Assembly: GCF_963921235.1 (NCBI RefSeq)
Contig: NC_086109.1
Location: 29,886,001-29,950,000, forward strand
Length of the DNA stretch: 64,000 bases
Source of the DNA: Mobula hypostoma
Lineage: Eukaryota
Direction of reading: 5' to 3'
Shown here: one piece after another, positions 40,395-51,349 of the stretch
Numbering within the stretch: the stretch's first letter is position 1
How the letters are laid out: the number at the start of each line of letters is the position of its first letter
Position numbers and translations under genes: made by a program
The notes under the pieces: model-generated
Database searches by the model: none
What the model was told of the DNA's origin: nothing
What the model saw: only the letters and a program-made list of their open reading frames with translations

Positions 40395-41540
40395 TTAATC
40401 CTTCATGCATGTGCGTCGCGCCCGGTATGGGAGTGTCGTGTGATGTCTGTGTAGGACTTGGAGTGCGCGGTGTCTCGTGGGTACGGGGTTAATAGTCACC
40501 ATGGAGTGTTCAGGGTAGGGTCCCGATGCTCCTGCGGGTGCCAGGTCGCGGATGGAGACCGTGTCCTCCTGCCCATCAGGTAAAACCACATAGGCATACC
40601 GAGGGTTCGCATAAAGTAAGTGAACCCTCTCGACCATTGGGGAGGATTTATTGCTCCTCGCATGTTTCCGGAGCAGCACTGGCCCCGGGGACGTCAGCCA
40701 AGTTGGTAGGGTGGTCCCGGTGGTCGACTTTCTGGGAAATGAAAAGAGTCGCTCATGATGGGTGGCATTGGTGGCCGTGCATAACAGGGAGTGGATGGAG
40801 TGGAGTGCCTCGGGAAGGACCTGCTGCCAGCGGGAGACTGGCAATCCCTTTGACCTGAGGGCTAAGAGTGTGGCTTTCCACACCATGCCATTCTCCTTCT
40901 CCACCTGTCCATTCCCCTGGGGATTATAGCTCCTGGTCCTACTAGTTGCAATTCCCCTAGCCAGTAGGTATTGGTGCAGCCCGTCACTCATAAACGAGGA
41001 CCCTCTGTCACTGTGGATATAGCATGGGTATCCGAACAGAGTGAAGAGCTTGCGCAGGGCTTTTATAACTGACGTGGTAGTGGTGTCGGGGCAGGGGATG
41101 GCGAAGGGGAACCGCGAGTACTCGTTGATAATGTTAAGAAAGTACACATTGCGGTCGGTAGAGGGAAGGGGGCCCTTAAAGTGAACACTCAGTTGCTCGA
41201 AGGGTTTGGTGGCCTTGATGAGTGGTGCCTTTTCGGGTCGGTAGAAGTGCGGTTTGCACTCTGCGCAGACTTGGCAGTCCCTGGTCATCGTCCTGATCTC
41301 CTCAAGGGAGTAAGGCAGGTTCCGGGCTTTCACAAAGTGGAAAAGCCGGATGACCCCCGGGTGGCGAAGATCTACATGTAGGGCATATAGCCAGTCAATC
41401 TGCGCACTGGCGCACGTTCCCTGGGATAGGGCATCGGAGGACTCATTGAGCTTCCCAGGCCTGTACATGATGTCATAGTTGTAGGTGGAGAGTTCGATTC
41501 TCCACCTCAGAATTTTATCATTTTCTATTTTGCCCCCCAC
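40395..41540 (-). pseudogene. Gypsy integrase (first catalytic Asp reads His)
   Basis: HHCC (H..HPG..CQVC), SVHFKGP where D is expected, HSDRG, GQVEKEN. Frameshift at a G run near 41533-41538 separates it from RNase H. No chromodomain seen. Confidence 0.92.
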
Positions 41541-42670
41541 TGTTGGTTATTAAACATGAATGCGACTGAGCGCTGATCAGTCAGCAGGGTGAACCTTTTG
41601 CTGGGGAGATAGTGCCTCCAGTGCCTAATAGCTTCCACTATGGCCTGGGCCTCTTTCTCCACCGCGGAGTGCCGAATTTCAGGGCCTTGAAGAGTACGGG
41701 AGAAGAACGCCACTGGTCTTCCCGCCTGGTTGAGGGTGGCAGCCAGTGCAAAGTCGGAGGCGTCACTCTCTACTTTGAAGGGAATGGCCTCATCCACCGC
41801 ATGCATTTCTGCTTTGGCAACATCCCCTTTTATGCGGCTGAAGACAGCGCGGGCCTCAGCTGAGAGGGGGAATGTAGTGGACTTGACCAGGGGGCGGGCC
41901 TTATCTGCGTAGTTAGAGACCCATTGGGCATAATATGAAAAGAAGCCCAGGCACCTTTTGAGGGCTCTGAGGGTGTTGGGAAGAGGGAGTTCCAACAGGG
42001 GGCGCATACGGTCGGGGTCAGGGCCAATGACTCCATTCTCCACGACACACCCAAGGATAGCAAGTCGGGTGGTTCCGAACACACACTTGTCCTTGTTATA
42101 GGTGAGATTGAAGGCTTTGGCCGCTTGGAGAAATTTTTGGAGGTTATTGTCGTGATCCTGCCAGTCATGACCGCAGGTGGTGATGTTATCCAGATATGGG
42201 AACGTGGCCTTCAGTTGGCACTGGTCCACCATCCGGTCCATTGCCCTCTGGAAGACAGATACACCATTTGTAACACCGAAGGGGACGCGCAGGAATTGAT
42301 AAAGCCTGCCGTCCGCCTCGAAGGCAGTGTAAGGGCGGCCCTCCCGGCGGATGGAGAGCTGATGGTAAGCGGATATTAGGTCTATGGTCGAGTACACCTT
42401 GTACTGTGCTATCTGATTGACCATATCCGCGATGCGGGGTAGAGGGTACATGTTGAGCTGCGTGAACCTATTGATGGTCTGGCTATAGTCCATGACCATC
42501 CTATTCTTCTCCCCGTTCCGAACAAAGACCACCTGCGCCCTCCAAGGACTTGTGCTTGCCTCAATGACCCCCTCCCTAAGCAGCCGCTGCACCTCCGACT
42601 TAATGAAAGGTCTGTCCCCCGCGCTGTACCTCCTGCTTTTAGTTGCCACAGGTTTACAGTCGGGGGTCAA
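41525..42670 (-). pseudogene. Gypsy reverse transcriptase + RNase H
   Basis: SPWRAQ, YPLPRI, STIDL..AYHQ, PFGVTNG, YLDN, then RNase H ESDASD...EKEAQAI...TDQRS. Confidence 0.95.
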
Positions 42671-43328
42671 GTTGGCGAACAGCGGTGGGGGAGGGATCCT
42701 GAGGGTGGAGAGGCCGCAGGTGGCGTCGGTAGTGTGGCAGTTGGCATGGTGTTGGGTGGGATGTGCGGGTCGGTGTGTGTGTGTGTGTGGTCAGTAGCTG
42801 GGTATGTGACGTATCCCTACAAAACTGGGGATTTATGACAGTGATTTGTGGGAGGGGCCCATCGTACTTCATTGTCACGCTTTTCAGGTGGCTCTGGAAG
42901 TTGAGCCCCAATAGCACAGGGGCACACAGTTGAGGCATAACCAGTAACGTAAAGTCTCGATATTCTGTGCCCTGCACCACTAGTGTCGCTACACAACCCC
43001 CCCGGATGTCTGTTGTATGCGACCCGGAAGCCATGGTGAACCCCTGACTTACCGACCGTATCACGAATCCGCAATGCTGCACCGTGTCCGGGTGGATAAA
43101 ACTCTGCATGCTGCCTGTGTCAAACAGACAGCTTGTTCTGCGCCCCTCCAGCAGGATGCCCATCATTGACCTTGCAAGCTGGTGGGGAGCGCTTTGGTCG
43201 AGGGTCACGGTGACCAGGGTTGAGTCGCTGTCTTGTTCCAGTGCAGTGGGGTGCCCCGTGAGCACCCGTTGGTCGTAGGTGATGGGAGGGGGCGCCGACC
43301 AAGATGGCCGCCCCCATGTCTCACACAT
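42654..43328 (-). pseudogene. Gypsy aspartic protease region
   Basis: LFDTGS active-site motif and PVLLGLNF. Frame is lost at the (CA)n run near 42774-42789. Confidence 0.88.
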
Positions 43329-43472
43329 GGTGGCGGCGTGCAGGGAAGACGGCGGCAGGCAAGATGGCGACTCCCACGTCTCGCATGCGGCACTGCTCGA
43401 TCCCGCTCGCGGTTTGGACTTACAGACCTTGGCGAAGTGGACCTTCTTTCCGCAGCTGGAGCAGGTAGCTTC

Positions 43473-44195
43473 TCAGGCCGGGCAGCGTTTCCTGGGGTGC
43501 TTCTCCAGTCCGCAGAAGTAGCACTTCATGGACTCGTGACTGGCGGCAGCCGAGGTCAATTTGCTGGCGGGTGGCAGGAACTTGCGACTGGCGGCAGTCG
43601 AGGTCGATTCGCCGGCGGGTTGCAGTGTCTGCGGCGCCCACGAGGTCATCGGGGGATCGAGTGTCTGGAGAGCCTCGGATTTATGCAGAGCAGCCTCCAG
43701 CGTGTCGGCCAGCTCGATCGCTGAACTTAAGGTAAGATCGGCTTTTTCAAACAGCCGCTGGTGCACATACACTGACCTGGTCCCCGTGACGAAGGCGTCT
43801 CTCACTAGTAATTCTGCAAGCTGTGCCGCCGTCAGCTCCTGGCAATTGCAGACCCGCACGAGTGTCTGTGGGGCTCGGACGAACTCAGCACCTGATTCCC
43901 CGGGCCGTTGTTGCCTTGTCGCTAAGTGGTGCCGAGCATAGACGCTGTTTATTGGCCGCAGGTATTGTCCTTTGACGGTGCTCATTGCGCCGTCATGGCT
44001 CGGCTGGTCTCTGATTAGTGAGTAGACCCATGGACTGACCCTGGAGAGTACAACTCTGCGCTTCGCTACGGGGTCGGTCTCTTTAATTTCCTCTAGGTAC
44101 GCTTCGAAGCAGGCCAGCCAGAGTACGAAAGCGTTTCCAGCTTCAGGCATTTGTGGATTGAGGTCTAACCTGTCGGGTCTCAGCACATGTTCCAT
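43473..44195 (-). pseudogene. Gypsy gag (premature TGA between the two CCHC knuckles)
   Basis: CYFCGLEKHPRKRC knuckle; reading through the TGA gives EATCSSCGKKVHFAKVC in the same frame as the protease ORF. Confidence 0.9.
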
Positions 44196-44489
44196 GCTTT
44201 AAAATGTACAGCGAATAAAATTGAAGCGCACCTTCAATAACTCCAAAAGACTGAAGTTGGGTAAAATACTGAAAGGCTGTTATTCGCTGTACTAAACAAC
44301 CTCCATGGTGAGTGTCTGCCCCTGGACTGAGGGGGAGGGGCAAGGCGAAACACCTTTATACAGGAATCTGTGGGAGGAGCCACAGGGGCAGTCAGCAGAG
44401 GGGTGTGTCCAGACAGGTAACCCAGTTACAACATATATATGGTTTACCACATTATGTAATAACCTTATGTGCGCAGCTCTCTGGTGAAA

Positions 44490-45050
44490 AATGATGTCGT
44501 ATCTGTTAAATAGGGGCCGTGGACAATTCTGATTTGGTGGAGAATGGACGTGAAATCACAGAGGAACATCTGGAGAAATTTCTGAAATGCCCGTCTGCTG
44601 CTGTTGTTACTGTATAGTCGGGAATCTTTCGGAGGGTAAGCCTCAAAATCCCCGGCCTTGCCTGCTTTTGGCGACCGAGAAAGAGGTCGAATCGCTCGGA
44701 CAGAGATGGCGCTCAGTACTTGGTCTCGGAGAGCTGATCAGAGCTCGAAGTTTTCGGATGACTCAGAGTCGGATTGTGGTCGGCATGGCAGGGAGAGTTT
44801 TTCTTCCCTCTCCCGACTGCGTGTAGGACATTTGAGAAACTTTGAACTTTAATGTGCTCAGGGACTTTCTTCATCAAGTTATGGTACTGTGCACTGTTGT
44901 AACTATATGTATAATTATGTGGTTTTGTCAGTTTTTTCAGTTTTAGTTTGTCCTGTGTTTTGTGATATCACACCGGAGGAAATAATGTATCATTTCTTAA
45001 TGCATGCATTACTATATGACAATAAAAGGGGACTACGTGTCTTTATAATC
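44490..45050 (+). repeat. Unclassified CpG-rich interspersed repeat (likely non-autonomous retroposon)
   Basis: CpG-rich body followed by a LINE-like 3' UTR with AATAAA at ~45021; no coding domain. Confidence 0.4.
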
Positions 45051-45261
45051 AGAAATGTTTAAGGCTTTGAAAACTGAATTAATTTTCACAGTGAATTACT
45101 TCTATATTGTTTTCAGTACGTTTATAATTTTCCTCCATATTCAAGCAGTAATTGTAACACCATGCATTTATCCTAAAGATAAATTATTTTACTATGACAT
45201 TTACAGTGGTCAACATTAAACAATTTTGCATAATTTAGTACACTTACCTACTTCTCTCCTC

Positions 45262-45650
45262 CAAGGGGACCCCAACCTTAATGACCCAGAGAGCTATATT
45301 GGCTGGATTCGGGGCTTTATGCTTTGGCTCTTGGTCGGGCCACCCTTGCCAAACAGATCAAAGGGTAGAGGACAGACTAAGAGAGGTCCACCAGTCCTCC
45401 AGGTTTGGGGGTTCAGCTCAGGCCTATCAAGACTGACTGGTAAAACAGAATTGTTACAGAAACAGCAGTGAAAATCTTTTGACATCTGAGTGTGATGGTA
45501 TTCCTGAGTCTCCACCTGGACTAGCATGACTGACAGTAGTGAAGGCCGAGAGGAAGATACTGACACGATGAAGGAAGCCCTGCACACGAACAGAGATGGA
45601 GGACCTTCATTGCTGCCTTAAATGCCAGCAGCATAACAGGGCGTGTAATA
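45262..45650 (+). mobile_element. Short non-autonomous RTE-like retroelement
   Basis: GC-richer head joined to an RTE-type 3' end (R.RWRTFIAALNASS) and a TAA-like tail. Confidence 0.5.
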
Positions 45651-46742
45651 TAATAAAACTATGTCTCTGATGTTACTTGGTTGAAGTAATGTTTCAATTG
45701 GCACCAATAACGACGAATTTCAAACAATTGTTTACTGCTTGTCCTAAGTCCTTGCTCTACCTTTGTAACTAATAACATTTTCATTATCTATGGAAAACTA
45801 AAGTAGTTGGAAAGCAATTGTGCTTCATCTTTGATATCAATTGTATTTTATGATCAGCATGATAAAATAGATTGGGGTACAATTAATATAAAAGGATAGT
45901 TGATGGTAAGTACAAATTAAATGGGCAAATAGGATAAGTGCAGGTCGACAGAAAGGTCAACATGGATGAGATGTATCAAAGGGCTTGTTTCTATGCCATA
46001 CAACTCAATGTCTCTATGTTGTGTATGCTAAATTTATTAGTTCTCTCTAAAAGCATCACTTCAAACTTAGGTTTAAATTCTATCTGCCATTACTCAACTA
46101 ATTTTATTAATTGATATATATTATATCATAGCATAAGACTATCCTCATGATTAGCAACACCAGCATTCTTTGTGGAGATGTAAGAAAGTGCAGATGCTGG
46201 AATGTGGAGCAACACAGAAATTATTGGAAGCACTTAGCAGACCAAACAGAAGAGAAGAAAAATGGACAGTCAATGTTTTGGGTCAAGAACCTTCATTTGA
46301 ATTCAATAAACAAAAGTCTGTTAGACTCTACAGTGTGCTTAGAATTTTTAATAGCATCAGTTGAGTGTGTTTGTGTTCAAAAAGCAGTGATTTTTGACAC
46401 TGGTAGTTGGTGAAAAATAAGCAGTAAGTCAATTCAGAACCCTTTTGCTCACAGCGGTTTCAAGCATTCAGGCTTGGAGATGCCAGAAATGGTTGGGGTG
46501 AAAGTAAAATAATTTCACTACTTCAACAAGGTAGGAACAACAAAAAAATTTAAGGAATTGATAATCATCTTGAATTTTACAATGAAAACAAAGACTTGGA
46601 GATTGCAGTCATCAATAGTATTGTATGAAGACAGCTCATTTTCTGCACTAGGTGTCTGCACTAATTTTGTTCATTTTGTACATTGGATAAATTCCTCCAT
46701 CAATAACTATTAGGAACTAATACACAGTTTTATAGTACTGTA

Positions 46743-47980
46743 ATAAGACCATAAGACATGGGAGCAGAATTAGGCTATTTGGCCCACCAAGCCCGCTCTG
46801 CCATTTCATCCAATTTTTCTCTCAGCCCCAATCTCCTGCCTTCTCCCAACATCTCTTCATGCCCTGACCAATCAAGAATCCATCAACCTCTAGACATGAC
46901 GTCCACAGCAGCCTGTGGCAAAGAATTCACCACTTTTTGGCTAAAGAAATTCCTCCTCATCACCATTCTAAAAGGACACTCCTCTACTCTGAGGCTGTGT
47001 CCTCTGGTCTGAGACTCTTTCACCATAGGAAACATCCTCTCCACATCCACTCTATCAAGGCCTTTCACCATTCAATAGGTTCAATGAAGTCACACCTCAA
47101 TCTTCTGATTCCAGTAAATTCAGGCCCAGAGCCATCATATGCTCCTTATGGCCTTATAGGACAAGCCATTAAATTCTGGAATCATTTTTGTGAACCTCTT
47201 TTGAACCCTCTCCAGTTTCAGTACACCCTTTCTAAGCTAAGGGGCCCAATACTCGCAATACTCTGTGAGGCGTCACCAGTGCTTTATAAAGTTTCAAGAC
47301 TACATCTTTGCTTTTATATTCTAGTCCTCTTGAAATGAATGTTAACTTTATATTTGCCTTCCCCACCATAGACTCAACTTGCAAATTAACCTTTAGGGAA
47401 TGCTGCATAAGTACTCCCAAGACCCTTTACACCTCAGATTTTTGTATTTTCTCTCCGATTAGAAAATAGGCAACCCTTTCATTTCTTCTACCAAAGTGCA
47501 TGACCATACACTTCCTAACACTGTATTCCATCTGCCATTTCTTTGCCCATTCCCCTAATCTGTCGAAATCCTTCTATAGCCTCTCTACTTCCTCAAAACT
47601 ACCTGCCCTTCTAGCTATCTTCATATCGTCTGCAAACTTTGCGATAAAGCCATCAATTCCATCATCCAAATCATTGACATATAATGTAAAAAGAATTGGT
47701 CCCAACACACCGTGGAACACCACTAGTCCCCAGCAGCTAGCCAAAAAAGGCTCCCTTTATTCTAACTCTCTGCCACCTGCCAATCAGTCACTGCTTTAAC
47801 CATGTTACAATCTTTCCTGTAATAACATGGGCTTGTAGCATGTTAAGCAGCCTAATGTGTGGCACCTTGTCAAAGTCCTTCTGAAAATCCAGTATACAAC
47901 ATCAACCGATTCTCCTTTGTGTATCCTGCTTGTTATTTCTTCAAAGAATACCAACAGATTTATCTGGCAACATTTTCCTC
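46743..47980 (-). mobile_element. Degraded CR1 LINE 3' part
   Basis: FFEEITSRIHKGESVDVVY, ISRGLEYKSKDV.LKLYKALV, RGHSLRV...NFFSQKVVNSLP fragments; TAAGACCA-repeat tail. Confidence 0.88.
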
Positions 47981-49444
47981 TGTGCTGTAGTGCTGTTGAC
48001 AGACTTCTCATTTGTTCAACCTTTCACTTAAATACATAATTTGTTATTCAGTTTGTCTTTTTTATTCCCTTGTAACTATTCCCATGAAACTTTGGCTAAT
48101 TTTGGGGCAGCCACTTAATTGGACTAAAATTTACTCGTCCTGATGTTGTCCCAACTAAGAGTAATCCATTGTGTGTATGTATATATACACACACACAATT
48201 TTGGATTCAAGTTGCTATTTTGGCCTGGATTCCCTGTAGTAATTTGGAACCTAGTCTCCCATATGGGTTCTTATCAGATGCCTATTGAATTTCATATTGA
48301 CTACATCAACCACCCTGCTGTCATCAATATAGTTTGTTACTTCTAACAAAAAAAGTTAATAAAATTAGCCAGAACCCAACCCACTCTCCCTTATAAAAGT
48401 ATCACTGCTTATCCGTGTGTAGATTAACACTGTCCCTCATAATTATTTTCTGATACCATACCTGCCACTGGCATTTCAATGGAAAGTGGGGATGCCTGAG
48501 GAAGATTGAGAATTCTGCTGCATCCTTTTCTGAACCTACTAAATCAGCATTCATATCATCTTTTTTCTGGATGATGAACGTGCTTAAATTCCTGAGAGAT
48601 ACACGGATGGATTGGGAATGATTACTGACATGTATTATACGTGGTACAGCAAATAAAACTATGATGATGCAGCTTAGTGCAGACAAAGATGCAAACACTT
48701 ATTATTGTGCTTTTCTTTCGGCGTGCGCTATAGTTACAGGGGACAGCAGGAGGAACTCAAAGAATGACAGACTTGCAGAAAACTCAAGGTACTTCCTCAA
48801 AGCAGAAATCTGATCAAACTACAGGAAGGAGGATTACCGGCCATTTAACTGCCAGGAAGTTAAATGCTTCACGTTGTGTGGGCAGGCAGGTCAGCGTACT
48901 AACAGTGCCAATCTCACAAGCGCAATATGATCAGGCAGGGACAGGAGAGGGATTGAAGGAACAGAGAACAGAATTCCAGCCTTCACCGTCACTCTGCCTG
49001 CCAAGTACCACATGGAGAAGGAGGAGGAAGAGGAGGGTAAGGAGTAGTAAAACAGTGTAGAATGTAGCACCAATGCCGTCAACACAAAATACTATAATTC
49101 CACTGGAAAAGTAAGCAAACCAACATTAATGTCCTCCCTCAGGCCAAACTCCTCAAGAGCGTGGCATTAATTTTATATGTAAATGACTCATGAAACCAAA
49201 AACAATTCAACCTATAAAGTTTACATCAGCCCTCAGAACACTGACACCAGAGCAAGCTTGACCTAGTCACTGGTTTCTGACCTGTCTCTCCACTCTGATT
49301 ATGGTTGAAGGAGATGATGCCTTTCTCGTGGATTCCATCATGCAAAATGTTGAATGCATTAATTCCGGAAATTGATGCATTTCCTCTGGTATTTTTGCCT
49401 TCTGAAAACACATTTGAGGTTCAAGATCCCTGATGTTTGCTATA

Positions 49445-50040
49445 ATTAGGTCAGTCACGGGTAAAGCCCTCCCCACCAATGAGCACATCTGCACAGAAAA
49501 ATGTTGCAGGAAAGCAGCATTCATCATCAGGGACACCCACCACCCAGGACTTGCTCTCATCTCACTGTTGCCATCATGGAGAAGGTACAGGAGCCTCAGG
49601 ACCCACAGCAACAGGTTCAGGTACAGTTATAACCCCTCAACCATCAGGCGCTTGTATCAGAGGGGATAACTTCTGTCAACTTCACTCACCCCATCACTGA
49701 ACTGTTTTCACAACCTGTGGTCTCGCTGTCAAGCACAGGATTGGAAAAAGCTGCAGAAAGTTGCAAAACCAGCCAGCTGCATCATGGACACTCCACAGTA
49801 TCAAGGGCACCTTCAAAAGGCAGCTTCCATCATTGAAGACCTTCGTCATCCAGGGCATGCCCTCTTCTCATTGTTACCATCAAGGAAGAGCCTGAATAAA
49901 CACATTCAATAGGAACAGCTTCTTCCCCAACATCATCAGATTTCTGAAGGGACAATGAACTCATGTACACTACCTCACTATTCCTTTTCTTTTTTTTCAC
50001 TCTCGTTTTGCACTATTTCAGTTAATTTAAATTTAATATT
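49445..50040 (+). mobile_element. Two tandem Rex1-like 3' fragments
   Basis: KAAFIIRDTHHPGLALISLLPSWRRYRSL and a second DWKKLQKV...HPGHALFSLLPS segment. Confidence 0.75.
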
Positions 50041-51049
50041 TTAATATGAACTACTAAAATTCAAAGTAAATTTATTATCAAAGTACATATATGCCACCAT
50101 AAACAACCCTGAGATTCATGTACATAAATACTTTACAAAAATATAAAAATAGTGCAAAAGGATATTTTTTGGCAAATGTACTTTGTTCCAGCATATATCC
50201 ATACTGGCCATCAAGTGACTATCTTAAGTAATTCTACTTACCTAATTCTCTTTAGGTTACATGGTCGGCCCAACATTGTGGGCCAAAGGGCCTGTAATGT
50301 GCTGTAGATTTCTATGTTCTATGTTTAGCTGCACTTGGTCTATAGTTTTCAATATGTGAAGTGATGTGAATCTCTGTCTAGATATGAAGGGTCTCTGCCC
50401 AAACATAAGTTCTCTATTCCTCTCCATAGATGGTACCTGACCTGTTGAATTCCTCCAGCATGTAACTCTGGATTTCCAGCATCTGCAGAATCTCTTGTGT
50501 AAATACTTAACTGTTGCGGGAGTACAGGTCATTTGTTGCAGATATAATTCATTCTAGTGCACCTTCCTGATATCCTTAAAATAAGCATTTATGCACAGAT
50601 TTTTCTAAATTTTCTGAAAGGAATAAACCACTATTAAACTTGAGTTCAAATAAATGTTAAGATTTATATTATTGTCAAGTCAACTTGCATTGTAAATGAA
50701 TTTGGCTAAATCGATGACTGTGAACAACCTTGTTGAAGAAGTTTACTCAATTGTACTAATCAAAGACTTGAAGCTGCAACTCCCTCTCCAATGCACAGTG
50801 GCTGTTTATATGCCAGGAGTTTTTGTTTTTATTTCAGAATTCAGATGTCTGCATATTTTTAAATTTTGTAGCCTGCTATCACGGTGCTATCAAGGAAGAA
50901 GGTATATAAAACAATGATCTGCCAACACTGGTCAGAGAAAGTAATCTCTCCATCTGGTGTCTAAACATTGTGGGGATCTGACAGCTGAGATCAATGGCCC
51001 CACTGGGGACACCTGCCCAAATCCACATGTCAATCAACTCCTTCAATCG

Positions 51050-51293
51050 TCATGGAGACGGCGCACCTGGAAATATTACGCACTCTAATTGGACAGCCCG
51101 GTGCAGGAGGTCTACCCTGGCCAATGAGAAAGGAGCATTGACACCGCTCGCCAACATGGCTGCTTGTCGTATAGTTTGTGGGGATTTATTTAAAATTTTA
51201 ACCGTTTTTTGATGTGGTGGTTCGCTTTACTGCTTCGGTTTTTCAGTCGCAGTTCGGATAATTTTAAACCGGAATTTGTGAGAGGAGAGTGTC
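51050..51293 (+). promoter_or_regulatory. CpG-enriched TBC1D22 promoter/5'UTR
   Basis: Local CpG enrichment in an AT-rich background; ATTGG near 51088 and CCAAT at 51121 (NF-Y-like), AACATGGCTGC near 51153 (YY1-like), ACCGGAA near 51268 (ETS-like), directly upstream of the ATG. Confidence 0.6.
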
Positions 51294-51349
51294 ATGGCGA
51301 ATGAAAACAGGAGGCAGTTCTGGAAGCGGAACAGCAAGGTTCCCGGAAG
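51294..51349 (+). CDS. TBC1D22B: TBC1 domain family member 22, coding exon 1 (Rab-GAP; probably the B paralog)
   Basis: ATG at 51294 encodes MANENRRQFWKRNSKVPG, then AG|GTTCGT donor at 51350. Matches the TBC1D22 N-terminus as I recall it (human TBC1D22B MAAENSKQFWKRSAKLPGS). The 56-nt coding part and lack of extra N-terminal residues fit B better than A; paralog assignment is less certain than the family call. Confidence 0.88.

Larger units (their letters stand above)
39965..44451 (-). mobile_element. Full-length Ty3/Gypsy LTR retrotransposon (compact; two Gag zinc knuckles, Mag-like), inactivated
   Basis: 230-bp TG...CA LTRs at 39965-40194 and 44222-44451 (about 11 mismatches by eye), TSD TTATG (39960-64 / 44452-56), polypurine tract next to the 3' LTR (~40195-40217), and gag-PR-RT-RNaseH-IN domain order. 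Confidence 0.97.

Noticed and set aside
40526..43941. Plus-strand ORFs antisense to gag-pol
   Set aside because: Shadow frames of GC-rich coding sequence with no recognisable domains.
48402..48698. 98-aa minus-strand ORF as a possible head-to-head neighbour gene (e.g. TMEM217 or CERK)
   Set aside because: No similarity that I can recognise to either protein; kept only as a candidate exon in the lncRNA finding.
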